A stretch of 64,000 nt of DNA from Octopus bimaculoides (lineage: Eukaryota), in assembly GCF_001194135.2 (NCBI RefSeq), contig NC_069005.1:27336070-27400069 (forward strand), in the 5' to 3' direction. Shown here piece by piece: positions 55,224-63,640 of the stretch. The translations under genes were made by a program, and so were the position numbers. Each line of letters opens with the position of its first letter. The stretch's first letter is position 1. Under the pieces are notes generated by a model, which had not been told where the DNA came from, did not search any database, and worked only from the letters and a program-made list of their open reading frames with translations.

Positions 55224-58200
55224 TTACTTGGAGAATGGAGCAATAAATACCCCTGAAGGATCGAGGCAAACCTACCACTTACCTATATATATATATATAC
55301 ATGAGGGGGGTGCTGATAAGTTCTTGACTTTAAGGGTATTGTGAAAGGCTTGGTTGGAGACCCAACATTCCGATTTCTTTTACAGCGCTTAGAAGAACTG
55401 AAGGACCACTGCAATGAGTGTGTGAATCTGAGAGGCGAATATGTTGGAATAAAATCATAATTAATTTTATCCTCCTGTATTTTCTTTTACACAAAGCCCA
55501 GAACTTTGCAGCATGCTTTTTACAATAAATCTTTATTAATTGAAGTACGTTATTTCACTTACCTGTCTGACAGTTGCTACCTTTATATCCTGGAACACAT
55601 CCTCCACTGGAACACACACCAGTCTGACGGCCACACTTGCTGTTGTCTGCACAGTGGCAGGTATTTTGACAGTTTGGTCCAAATTTAGATACACTACAAA
55701 CTGTAAGAAGTAATAGCATGCATTAGATTATCTTCCTTCTCCTTCACTCCTCCTCCTCATCATCATCATCAGCAGTGTCATCTTCAGCGACATCATCGTC
55801 AGCGTTGTCATTGTCGTCATCATTGTCGTCATCGTTGTCATCGTCGTCATCATCGTTGTCGTCGTCATCATCATTAGTATCGTCATCATCAACCACGTGA
55901 TCTGTATACATACCCTTCATGTAACCATTATAATTAAACCAGTGGTTCTCAACCAGGGTCCACATGATCCTTGAGTAGGGGGGGGNNNNNNNNNNNNNNN
56001 NNNNNNNNNNNNNNNNNNNNNNNNNNNNNNNNNNNNNNNNNNNNNNNNNNNNNNNNNNNNNNNNNNNNNNNNNNNNNNNNNNNNNNNNNNNNNNNNNNNN
56101 NNNNNNNNNNNNNNNNNNNNNNNNNNNNNNNNNNNNNNNNNNNNNNNNNNNNNNNNNNNNNNNNNNNNNNNNNNNNNNNNNNNNNNNNNNNNNNNNNNNN
56201 NNNNNNNNNNNNNNNNNNNNNNNNNNNNNNNNNNNNNNNNNNNNNNNNNNNNNNNNNNNNNNNNNNNNNNNNNNNNNNNNNNNNNNNNNNAAAAAAAAAA
56301 AAAAATTTTTTATTTCAATCCGCCCCATTAATTTATGTGGTTTGTTTACAGTTGACAAGATGTGCTGTCATGCACAAAGTGATGCACAAAATCTCGTTTC
56401 CTGATTGGGTGAAAATTTATCAAACTTTAAACCTCAATAACTGTTTTAAAAACATTTTTCTGAGGAAAGTGAAACACCTCCAGCAATTTAGGTTGAATGT
56501 TTTTTTAAAAAGTTATAGAGGTTTAAAGTTTGATAAATTTTCACCCAATCAGGAAACGAGATTTTGTGCATCACTTTGTGCATGACAGCACATCTTGTCA
56601 ACTGTAAACAAACCACATAAATTAATGGGGCGGATTGAAATAAAAAATTTTTTTTTTTTTTTTCCTAAATCATAATCTCCAATATCGAAAACATAGGCAT
56701 CTAAAAAACAAAGAAAATTACGGGTTCAAAAGTTATAGGGTGAGGGGGTATTCCAAAGAAGTACCCTTTCTTTAACCTCATAGCATATTATCCCTATTAC
56801 CTCATATATTTTCGTTTAGAGCTGTCTAGAAAATATATAGCTGAATGAAAATACATGTTCACAGTACTTTAAGGTTTCTGTTACTTATTTCTAACTGGAA
56901 CTATTTCATTCATGATATTATTCCCATTTTCTATCGTTACCTATCAGTAATTATCATTTCTATCCGTAACTTCACAAGAAATCATAACTGATCCAAAATA
57001 ATTTGTGTACTTATTCTTCCTTATATACAGATTCAAAATAAATAATTAAAAAAATATATCTTTTGCATAGAAATTGAAAGAAAATGTGTACGAGGTTTGA
57101 TCAATAAGTATCCGGACTGTTGCCATAGTAATAAAGCTAAAGCACGCAGAGTGGAAGCTGCTTGGCAAAGATTGATCTTGAACACTGCCGCTCATGCAAA
57201 CAAGGCACAGGGCCAGACTTTAGATCATGTAGGTGTATTTTTACTTACTCCAATGTTTACACACGGCCAGTTATACATTGCTATGAGTAGAGCAACGGAC
57301 TCCAGTAATTTGAAAATCAATGTCGACCAAACAGAAAATATCGTCTACAAAGAAGTCCTGTAATCATATTGATGTTGTTGAAAGGAATAGGATTTATAAT
57401 TTAAATAAGGAAATTTGTGACCTTTGAATATATAAAAGTATAAACAAGTGTAAAATAGTGTAAACAACTAAAATAAAAGTATATTTAAATAACATTTTAC
57501 TTAATTCTTTTTATGTAGTGGTCGAAGGAGGCTCCGGCTTTCATTAGGAGTGGTTCACATTACCATTCATGATACAGAGGCTGGGAGTCTATTTCAGTTT
57601 GGGAGTGAATCATCATCACATGTCACTTAGTCACAAGCACATGTCATATAGCTGCAATAGAATGCTGCATCACCAACAATTATGTGATTTCTCCAAGACA
57701 TCACCCAGTAATCTATCAAGTCCATTTACACATTTCTCAATACATACTGCTGTTATGACTTGTCTCCCTCATTTTATGCCTCCATTGTAGATGGGCAGAT
57801 AAGCTAGTAGTTTATAATTCCTTCACTACATATTTCATCTCTTCGTGCGAAAGCCACTATTTTTGGTAACTGTAGCACATTCTATCACTAGGATAAATAA
57901 AATTTTTCAACTACATGCCATATTACTGACCTGTTTGACAGTTGCCGCCTTCATAACCTGAGGCACATCCTCCACTTGAACACACTCCTGTCTGATAGTT
58001 GCACTTCTTGTTGTCTGCACAATGACATATACTTTGGCAATTTGCACCAAATTTGCCATTGGTACATGCTATAGAAAAGTATGAGGCACATATTTATTAA
58101 AATGAAATTTAGAAGTCACAGGGTTATTAACACACACACACACACATACATGCATACACACACATATTTAAAGAATGTTTGCTAATGATTCCTTACTTCT

Positions 58201-61200
58201 GGTGGATGATACCTTTGCACCACTCAGGCGACAACCTTGAACCCATGGGGTCTGTTTTGGTAGTCGCTGCTGGTGAGAGTTTTATGAGGCCAGAGCGTAA
58301 ATCCTATCTCAACTTCTTTTAATCACCTTTTACGACACGCAGAGTAAACGTTGGGTTTATTCTTTGACACACCAGTCCTCACACAGCACTACCGCAACAC
58401 GAAATCAAGTGCCTTGCTGAAGAACACAACCGATGGACCATCCTGGGAATCAAACCCACAAACAGACAATAGCGAGTGCAACACATTAACTACTAGGCCA
58501 CCTGCCTTCACCTTTTATACTTAAGGTGAAAAAAACCATACAAAAATGATTAGCCAACTCAAACAATGGACGATTCAAAGCAAGGTTATAAAAAGCAAAA
58601 TGTTCTTGCCAGGCGAGTGCTTCCATTCACTGTTGTAAATCACAATGTTGCTTGTAAGTTTTGTTTACTTCTGCTTGATTTGTTTCTCATTACAAACAAA
58701 CCCACCTATCAACAGGAAACAACTATACTTACCGGTTTGACAGTTGCTACCATTATAACCAGCAGCACATCCTCCACTGGTACAGGCACCAGTCTGACGG
58801 TTACATTTGCTCTTGTCAGCACAGTGACATGTACTTTTACAGTTTGGTCCAAATTTACCATTTACGCATGCTGTAAAATACATATGAAACCTTGCTTACA
58901 ACAATGAAATTTAGGATATATTATCAGCAGCCAGACATCACTGCAGAAGACTACAGCCTTCTAAAGACCTTCAAAACGTGGCTATCCTGTCTTCATGTTA
59001 TCTAAGATTACCAAGATATCTGGTGCCTTGCTGTACTCAAGAAAACTCATCCTTCACAGCAGAAATGTTAAAGCCGTTCCCCCTGCTGAAGAAGATTGAC
59101 CTGCAAGAATTTTGTGCCAGTACCACATAAAAAGCACCCATCCTGGAATCATGTAATAACGTCCATGCTGGCACCATGCACAAAGAACTCTGCATACTCT
59201 GTAAAGTGGTTGGCATTAGGAACGGCATCCAGCCATAAAAACCATACCAAATCAGACTGAAACCTGGTGTAGCTCTTCTGCTGGTCAGCTCTGGTCAAAT
59301 AATCCAACCCATGCCAGCACGGAAATCAATCATTAAAGAATGATGATGATGATTACATCAGCAAATGTATCTTTTCCTTATATACTGGGTTGGCAAAAAA
59401 GTAATTTTGGTTTGTTAGTGTGAAATAAAAATCTTTTTTTTTTTTCATACAAAGAATGAACTTTAATCACTTATATATTTTCCATTTTGTTCGATGACCT
59501 TTTGCCATCTTTCTGGCAACTTCATGATTCCACGCTCACAGAACTTCTGGTTCTTATCAGCCAAAAAACAGAACCAAGTGCGATTTCAGGTCATCATCAT
59601 TATTGAAAGTTTTACCATTCAAATAATTTTGCAAACTTCTAAGTAAATGGTAATCTGATGGTGCAAGGTCAGGACTATATGGTGGATGTGATATCACTTC
59701 CCGACCAAGCTCCAATAATTTTTCATGAGTCAGCAAAAATGTGTATGGTCTAGCATTGTCATGGCAGAACACGATTCCTTTACGATTTGCCAATTCTGGC
59801 CATTTTTTAACCCATTTCTGACATGTGCATTCTGTTAAGCAATCAACACCATAAACTTCATATATCTCTTTGTGAGCCTCAGAAACTTTCTTGCCTTTAT
59901 GGAAAAAAAAACAAAAAAGCAAAATATGGCAAAAATGTTCGTTTTTGCACTCCATATTAAAACTGACACTAAACTAACGGCTCTAATCAAAATTACATGC
60001 AATTTGCTTCTAAACAAAGCTAAAAGTAACGGCTATCAAATGTCAAAAGACAAAAATCACAACATTGAAAAAAAAGCATTAAAAAAAAAAAGCATAAAGT
60101 AATTGCGAAAAACAAAATTACTTTCTTGCCAACCCAATATATAAAATAGTTTGATGAACATTCGACTGCTATTTCCAGCAGGTCAAATAACTGCATAGAG
60201 CAGTCAATAGCAAACTGCAGCCCATGGGACTCTCTGAAGAGTATGCCTACCAAACAATTACCTTGAAATTTTTTAGTAGTGCATCTTGCTTGATGACGAG
60301 TCTAAGCCTTATGTAACCCACTTCTTGTAAAATGTTGCCCTCGTCCAGCATAGAGCTTGCACCAAGAACAATGACTGATGCACCACATATCTTCTTAGTT
60401 ACAAAATCTATGTGGCACTGTCCGACTTTCAAAGCTAATAATACACAAGATTGTTGCTTCATTGGGGAAATACTGTGGCCTTTGGGTTCAACACTCACAT
60501 TTTCTCTTTAAAGCACCGAAGGAAAATAATAAAGATATGTTATTACACTGACCTGTTTGACAGTTGCTACCCTCATAACCTGCAACACATCCTCCACTTG
60601 AACACACACCTGTCTGATGGTGACACTTCTTGTTGTCTGCACAGTGACATGTATTTTGACAGTTTGGGCCAAATTTAGCTCCACTGCAAGCTACAATAAA
60701 TAAGTAAAACAATAAATAAATAAAACAACCTTTATTGGCATATTTTGCAGAATAATTTTTGAAGAAAAGAAAGGAGCTGAATGCATTTAACAATAAGCTT
60801 GCTTCCCAACCACACAGTTATTAGAAAGTGTATGGAGACTTGTATATTCGCAAAATTTATTTTTTAGCTATATCATAATGACTTCACTTTGAGGATGACC
60901 AAATGGACGGGCCCTGATGAAGCTGCACCAACAATATTGCAAGGTTGCATTTGCAACAGTGTCTAGTCACTGCAGAGGAAACATGTGTAGGTCATTATAT
61001 GCTATGTAAAAAAATTTGTGGACGTACAAGTCTCCATAACTCTTTCATCATCATCATCATCGTTTAACGTCCGCTTTCCGTGCTAGCATGGGNNNNNNNN
61101 NNNNNNNNNNNNNNNNNNNNNNNNNNNNNNNNNNNNNNNNNNNNNNNNNNNNNNNNNNNNNNNNNNNNNNNNNNNNNNNNNNNNNNNNNNNNNNNNNNNN

Positions 61201-61837
61201 NNNNNNNNNNNNNNNNNNNNNNNNNNNNNNNNNNNNNNNNNNNNNNNNNNNNNNNNNNNNNNNNNNNNNNNNNNNNNNNNNNNNNNNNNNNNNNNNNNNN
61301 NNNNNNNNNNNNNNNNNNNNNNNNNNNNNNNNNNNNNNNNNNNNNNNNNNNNNNNNNNNNNNNNNNNNNNNNNNNNNNNNNNNNNNNNNNNNNNNNNNNN
61401 NNNNNNNNNNNNNNNNNNNNNNNNNNNNNNNNNNNNNNNNNNNNNNNNNNNNNNNNNNNNNNNNNNNNNNNNNNNNNNNNNNNNNNNNNNNNNNNNNNNN
61501 NNNNNNNNNNNNNNNNNNNNNNNNNNNNNNNNNNNNNNNNNNNNNNNNNNNNNNNNNNNNNNNNNNNNNNNNNNNNNNNNNNNNNNNNNNNNNNNNNNNN
61601 NNNNNNNNNNNNNNNNNNNNNNNNNNNNNNNNNNNNNNNNNNNNNNNNNNNNNNNNNNNNNNNNNNNNNNNNNNNNNNNNNNNNNNNNNNNNNNNNNNNN
61701 NNNNNNNNNNNNNNNNNNNNNNNNNNNNNNNNNNNNNNNNNNNNNNNNNNNNNNNNNNNNNNNNNNNNNNNNNNNNNNNNNNNNNNNNNNNNNNNNNNNN
61801 NNNNNNNNNNNNNNNNNNNNNNNNNNNNNNNNNNNNN

Positions 61838-61871
<34 letters not shown>

Positions 61872-62026
61872 CATGTTGCATCACTAACCTGTTTGACATT
61901 TGGTGCCTTCATAACCTGGAGCACATCCTCCACTGGAACATACACCAGTCTGACGGTTACACTTGCTGTTGTCTGCACAGTGGCATACATGCTGACAGTT
62001 TGGTCCATATTTGTCATTTACACATA
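13383..62026 (-). CDS. Multi-exon gene (5' incomplete): MEGF10/11/CED-1/Draper-like single-pass receptor with >=30 EGF repeats, TM helix, Pro-rich segment and tandem YxxM tail
   Basis: 33-34 exons found by eye; every junction has an AG acceptor and a GT/GC donor with compatible phases (EGF 1-1, TM 1-2, Pro-rich 2-1, YxxM 1-0), giving one continuous stop-free frame. Confidence 0.9.
13548..14002 (-). CDS. Cytoplasmic tandem-tyrosine-motif exon (455 nt, phase 1-0)
   Basis: Acceptor ctgtaattcaacag, donor CAG|GTAAGA; ten ~11-aa (33-bp) units KQxYE(V/E/A/M)M(T/A)Nxx at 13569-13889; stop-free. Confidence 0.88.
14049..15060 (-). mobile_element. Degenerate mariner element with nested SINE pair
   Basis: Translates to HHDNAPAHS...[18 protein letters not shown]; mariner-type end tatgaggtgtagtcaaaatgtatccg; a related remnant lies at ~37680-38480. 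Confidence 0.8.
14166..14579 (-). mobile_element. Two tandem 5'-truncated tRNA-derived SINEs (Nin/Deu-like core) inside a 15-bp direct repeat
   Basis: B-box gagttcaaattc and core cctttcatcctttc..gtcgataaattaagtaccag on the minus strand; flanked by gagtctacacacttc at 14151-14165 and 14580-14594. Family copies at ~25330, 26020-26705 (3), 28180, 28850, 33110, 39455, 46020, 52610. Confidence 0.8.
15163..15278 (-). CDS. Cytoplasmic proline-rich exon (116 nt, phase 2-1)
   Basis: Acceptor ttccaattctacag, donor GTATGT; (K)[38 protein letters not shown]; its phases exactly bridge the TM and YxxM exons. Confidence 0.88.
15655..15945. repeat. Imperfect ~23-bp minisatellite (aaggaccaacacctacccac..), about 12 units
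   Basis: Recurrent aaggacc/acctacc units in the intron just downstream of the TM exon donor. Confidence 0.8.
15977..16058 (-). CDS. Transmembrane exon (82 nt, phase 1-2)
   Basis: Acceptor ttttcttcttctccag, donor GTAAGT; encodes [27 protein letters not shown]; the other phases hit stops or lose hydrophobicity. Confidence 0.9.
18199..18336 (-). CDS. EGF exon E30 (138 nt, most membrane-proximal seen)
   Basis: [45 protein letters not shown]; donor GTAAGT. Confidence 0.93.
18937..19074 (-). CDS. EGF exon E29 (138 nt)
   Basis: [45 protein letters not shown]; donor GTTTGT. Confidence 0.92.
19700..19989 (+). mobile_element. Tc1-like transposon 5' fragment (HTH domain), truncated by a gap
   Basis: [38 protein letters not shown] matches the Tc1 N-terminal ELSDFxRGRIxG pattern. 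Confidence 0.7.
20938..21560 (-). mobile_element. IS630-Tc1-mariner (maT/DD37D-like) transposase remnant
   Basis: [10 protein letters not shown]...[18 protein letters not shown]...[21 protein letters not shown]. Confidence 0.8.
21918..22055 (-). CDS. EGF exon E28 (138 nt)
   Basis: [45 protein letters not shown]; donor GTCAGT. Confidence 0.93.
22218..22421. mobile_element. hAT-type MITE (204 bp)
   Basis: 16-bp TIR caggggttttcaaact / agtttgaaaacccctg; perfect 8-bp TSD agatagag. Confidence 0.9.
22450..22803. mobile_element. hAT (Charlie-like) MITE
   Basis: TIR cagtgcttctcaac / gttgagaactactg; 7/8 TSD ctctaatg / ctctaata. Confidence 0.8.
23075..23218 (-). CDS. EGF exon E27 (144 nt, 2-aa insertion)
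   Basis: [47 protein letters not shown]; acceptor ctccattgcag, donor GTGAGT. Confidence 0.92.
23420..23700. mobile_element. Unclassified interspersed repeat (second copy ~28455-28760)
   Basis: Two colinear copies (gatgcagtaccagg...tcatgagcagaagtag), each next to an (AAT)n/(GAT)n tract. Confidence 0.7.
24066..24203 (-). CDS. EGF exon E26 (138 nt)
   Basis: [45 protein letters not shown]; donor GTCAGC. Confidence 0.92.
24573..24874. mobile_element. Foldback/MITE-like element: 121-bp near-perfect inverted arms, 60-bp spacer
   Basis: 24573-24693 is the reverse complement of 24754-24874 with one mismatch seen. Confidence 0.9.
24965..25170. mobile_element. ~200-bp mariner-derived MITE family (also ~38730-38840 and ~55297-55520)
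   Basis: Shared body aactgaaggaccact..gtgtgtgaatctgagagg; ends resemble gagggg.tgctga.aagttc / gaacttttcagca. Confidence 0.7.
25805..25942 (-). CDS. EGF exon E25 (138 nt)
   Basis: [45 protein letters not shown]; donor GTGAGT. Confidence 0.93.
27280..27417 (-). CDS. EGF exon E24 (138 nt)
   Basis: [45 protein letters not shown]; donor GTTTGT. Confidence 0.92.
27993..28130 (-). CDS. EGF exon E23 (138 nt)
   Basis: [45 protein letters not shown]; donor GTAAGT. Confidence 0.93.
29140..29540. repeat. Degenerate (GAT/GAC)n low-complexity tract (similar at 55740-55900)
   Basis: Direct reading of the sequence. Confidence 0.9.
29587..29724 (-). CDS. EGF exon E22 (138 nt)
   Basis: [45 protein letters not shown]; donor GTCTGT. 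Confidence 0.92.
29810..30190 (-). mobile_element. SINE with (GAT)n tail, probably RTE-tailed; copies at ~16120, 33830, 35740, 36300, 36950, 53840, 59100, 61050
   Basis: Shared catcatcatcgtttaac.tcc..tt.catgc..gcatgggttggac...tttctacagctggatg.ccttccta.tgccaaccact. Confidence 0.75.
30356..30493 (-). CDS. EGF exon E21 (138 nt)
   Basis: [45 protein letters not shown]; donor GTAAGT. Confidence 0.93.
31303..31440 (-). CDS. EGF exon E20 (138 nt)
   Basis: [45 protein letters not shown]; donor GTCTGT. Confidence 0.92.
31666..32290 (+). mobile_element. tRNA-derived SINE with internal (TA)n/(TG)n microsatellite; partial copies at ~12350, 17342, 27830, 30526, 33245, 40430-41350, 54990
   Basis: A-box tggctgtgtggtaag, B-box ggttcagtcc, core gcaccttgggcaagtgtcttct, 3' tail (gagtaaaa)n. 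Confidence 0.8.
34085..34445 (+). mobile_element. R4/Dong-like non-LTR retrotransposon fragment (region before the RT domain)
   Basis: Degenerate translation [12 protein letters not shown]...NWNGPGPD...[31 protein letters not shown]. Confidence 0.6.
34531..34668 (-). CDS. EGF exon E19 (138 nt)
   Basis: [45 protein letters not shown]; donor GTATGT. Confidence 0.93.
35375..35512 (-). CDS. EGF exon E18 (138 nt)
   Basis: [45 protein letters not shown]; donor GTGAGT. Confidence 0.93.
37193..37415. mobile_element. piggyBac-like non-autonomous element family (also ~38940-39065 and ~45410-45657)
   Basis: Ends TTAA-ccc.ttag ... taaaggg-TTAA; shared body caatgtgaataaataagcattacatttgacagagtaatctgaatg. 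Confidence 0.55.
39213..39350 (-). CDS. EGF exon E17 (138 nt)
   Basis: [45 protein letters not shown]; donor GTGAGT. Confidence 0.93.
41419..41556 (-). CDS. EGF exon E16 (138 nt)
   Basis: [45 protein letters not shown]; donor GTAAGT. Confidence 0.93.
42180..42317 (-). CDS. EGF exon E15 (138 nt)
   Basis: [45 protein letters not shown]; donor GTGAGT. Confidence 0.93.
44136..44273 (-). CDS. EGF exon E14 (138 nt)
   Basis: [45 protein letters not shown]; donor GTAAGG. Confidence 0.93.
   Translation of the reverse strand, partial: FAKMQGLVPTAPACATVQTTGSATQCQEPARKEDVLQAMKGTIVS
44520..44615. repeat. 17-bp minisatellite (cttcactcatgtccacc), about 5 units, in a ~600-bp pyrimidine-rich tract
   Basis: Direct reading of the sequence. 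Confidence 0.85.
44960..45180 (+). mobile_element. tRNA-derived SINE, additional family (also ~18570, 34860, 42390, 51330)
   Basis: A-box gtggctgagtggttag, core tgtgttcttgagcaagacactt.a.ttcacattgctccagt.cactcagctg. Confidence 0.7.
45765..45902 (-). CDS. EGF exon E13 (138 nt)
   Basis: [45 protein letters not shown]; donor GTAAGA. Confidence 0.93.
46708..46845 (-). CDS. EGF exon E12 (138 nt)
   Basis: [45 protein letters not shown]; donor GTAGGT. Confidence 0.93.
47841..47978 (-). CDS. EGF exon E11 (138 nt)
   Basis: [45 protein letters not shown]; donor GTAAGT. Confidence 0.93.
48209..48346 (-). CDS. EGF exon E10 (138 nt)
   Basis: [45 protein letters not shown]; donor GTCAGT. Confidence 0.93.
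49250..49387 (-). CDS. EGF exon E9 (138 nt, GC donor)
   Basis: [45 protein letters not shown]; donor G|GCAAGT. Confidence 0.88.
49745..50500 (-). mobile_element. Second copy of the same maT-like element
   Basis: [26 protein letters not shown]...[21 protein letters not shown]; DNA visibly colinear with 20938-21560. Confidence 0.8.
50602..50739 (-). CDS. EGF exon E8 (138 nt)
   Basis: [45 protein letters not shown]; donor GTTGGT. Confidence 0.92.
51552..51968. mobile_element. Head-to-head inverted pair of tRNA-headed, hammerhead-tailed short elements with an 11-bp TSD
   Basis: aggataaagca at 51541-51551 and 51969-51979; central palindrome ggcatatgg..; A-box tggcgtagtggttaag and B-box gagttcgattcc; CTGATGA-stem-GAAA motifs in both arms. 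Confidence 0.8.
51846..51891 (+). ncRNA. Degenerate minimal type I hammerhead ribozyme motif (mirror copy on minus strand 51609-51651)
   Basis: tacac-CTGATGA-a-ggctg(loop)cagcc-aaaa-t-gtt-gtgtt; minus copy gacac-CTGATGA-a-ggctg(loop)cagct-GAAAC-gtgtt. The combined consensus gives a full core. Confidence 0.6.
52354..52491 (-). CDS. EGF exon E7 (138 nt, GC donor)
   Basis: [45 protein letters not shown]; donor G|GCAAGT at the homologous position. Confidence 0.88.
53297..53434 (-). CDS. EGF exon E6 (138 nt)
   Basis: [45 protein letters not shown]; donor GTCAGT. Confidence 0.93.
54470..54642 (-). mobile_element. Penelope-like element GIY-YIG endonuclease fragment
   Basis: CPFGGICLT / [43 protein letters not shown] (frameshifted). 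Confidence 0.7.
55563..55700 (-). CDS. EGF exon E5 (138 nt)
   Basis: [45 protein letters not shown]; donor GTAAGT. Confidence 0.93.
56291..56663. mobile_element. Foldback element: ~145-bp perfect inverted arms with A/T-tract ends
   Basis: 56291-~56435 is the reverse complement of ~56518-56663; imperfect pairing continues ~20 bp inward; left end abuts a gap. Confidence 0.85.
57190..57550 (+). mobile_element. Helitron 3' fragment (PIF1-like helicase C-terminus)
   Basis: [33 protein letters not shown]...[10 protein letters not shown] fits the Helitron KSQGQTL..FSHGQLYVA.SR..NIVY.EVL motif. Confidence 0.85.
57931..58068 (-). CDS. EGF exon E4 (138 nt)
   Basis: [45 protein letters not shown]; donor GTCAGT. 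Confidence 0.93.
58733..58870 (-). CDS. EGF exon E3 (138 nt)
   Basis: [45 protein letters not shown]; donor GTAAGT. Confidence 0.93.
59382..60140 (-). mobile_element. Internally deleted mariner with both TIRs (~760 bp)
   Basis: ~30-bp TIRs ta.tgggttggcaa.aaagtaatttt at both ends with TA; [25 protein letters not shown]; HTH fused directly to the catalytic half. Confidence 0.9.
60553..60690 (-). CDS. EGF exon E2 (138 nt)
   Basis: [45 protein letters not shown]; donor GTCAGT. Confidence 0.93.
60831..61038 (+). mobile_element. Short Penelope-like remnant with inverted terminal copy and degenerate hammerhead motif (60910-60993)
   Basis: tatggagacttgta..ataatgac (60831-60885) is inverted relative to gtcattata..tacaagtctccata; ggcc-CTGATGA-a-gctgca...tgcag-ag-GAAAC-atgt-GTA-ggtc. 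Confidence 0.6.
61889..62026 (-). CDS. EGF exon E1 (138 nt)
   Basis: [45 protein letters not shown]; acceptor ttttctgcag, donor GTTAGT. Confidence 0.93.
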
Positions 62027-63324
62027 CTGCAGAAAAAAAAAATATCATAAAACATTGACAAAAAAAAAAAGTAATAATTTTTTACATAGAGCATTGATGG
62101 AGAAGTATGATAGATCTCAGTACTTTAGCAATATTTATTCAAGTATTTAAGGACAAACAGTGAAATGAAACATTTCACTGGGGAAGTAATTTTGTCTGTT
62201 GCTTTATGAAATCTGTCTGTCACAATACAGGAAGTTTGTCTTTCTTTTCTGCTTCCATACCTGCTCAATGCAGATTGTTTTTATAGCTAACATTGTACAT
62301 AAGTGCTACCTACATTTGATGAAGGAGTTACAGCTTAAGTATTGAATTTTTCTGAGTACTACCAAGTAAGTATTTATACGAAGCTTACTTTAGCATTTTA
62401 TAATACACATATACATGCATGCATAAATATGCACACGGAGTAGATGGAGCAGGGACAACTGAAGAAGGGTGATATTCTTTATGTTGTATGTCGCGTTTCT
62501 GTTTTTTTTTTCGTTGTTCGAAAAAAGTTCGTTTTCTGTCCTCGTCTTTATGTTTTAGTTTCTCATTGTGTTTAACGTTTTTTGTGATGTCCTGTACCCA
62601 TATATGCTTGTATGTATACATATAGATGTAGGTATGTACATATATGTATGGATATATGCATATATCTATATATCATTTATATGATTGAACACCACGCATT
62701 GCCTCTATGTATGCATATATATACACACACACACATGCAAACATACAAATATGTTTATATGTATATAAATATATATATATATGTATATAAATATATTGAG
62801 TCTTTTTTTGAAGTGATGTACAGATAATTTATATTTAGAATAAGGTAGTCAGAATGTTGGATAATCAGATTTATTTGTTTAGTACTTAGTGACTTTCTAG
62901 GGTGGGAAAGGAAAAAGACCTTTTGTATTTGAATTAGTGACGGTTTTAATTGAAAAACCAGATATTCTTGACTTTCTTCAGTAAAAATTATAACTGTATT
63001 TTCATGTGTGTTTATTCTTTTGTATTCATTAATGTGGGAGAGGTAAAGAGGTTTGGTTCTTGTATTAGTGTGGTCAAATGTTTGTAATAGTCAAGGTTTT
63101 TAATTAAAAAACCAGATGTTTTTAACTTTCTTCAATAAAAATTATAATTGCATTTCCACGTCTTGTTTTTTTATTCTTTTGTATTCATTCAAGAATAGAT
63201 GTATGAATGTGGTCAAGTCTTTTTTATTGAAATTCTAGATGTTTTTGAAAGTGATTTTTGAGTTCACCATACACTCACACAGCAATTATATACATTATAT
63301 ATATATATATATATATATATAACA

Positions 63325-63640
63325 CACAGGTCCTGAGGAAAGTTGATATCTTGAGTATTGAGGCAATGGTACACAAGCACCGGTTATGTTGGATTGGAAA
63401 CCTTATTAGAATAAAGGATAGCAGGATCCCTCAACAGATGTTATACGGGGAACTTGCTAGTGGAAAGAGACCTCTGCAGAAACCAAGGCTGCAATTTAAG
63501 GACTTTGTCAAGTCCTCATTAAAGGCCTGTGATATACAGGAGAGCGATTGGCAGAGCAATGCCTGTCATTGCCACAAATAGAGGAAGGGTCGACAGCTTT
63601 GAAGCAGCATGTATACTGCAAGAAGAATTTTAGTGTGCTG
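63325..63640 (+). mobile_element. RTE-clade LINE 3' fragment
   Basis: SIEAMVHKHRLCWIGNLIRIKDSRIPQQMLYGELASGKRPLQKPRLQFKDFVKSSLKACDI..W is a typical RTE C-terminus. Confidence 0.8.

Noticed and set aside
57097-57363. 88-aa ORF as a host helicase gene
   Set aside because: Only the Helitron C-terminal motif is present, and the start codon comes from a mariner end.
16523-62050. Long ORFs made mostly of X (e.g. 16573-17772, 19773-21038, 40320-41356, 61057-62050)
   Set aside because: They run through assembly gaps; only the embedded exon or TE pieces are real.
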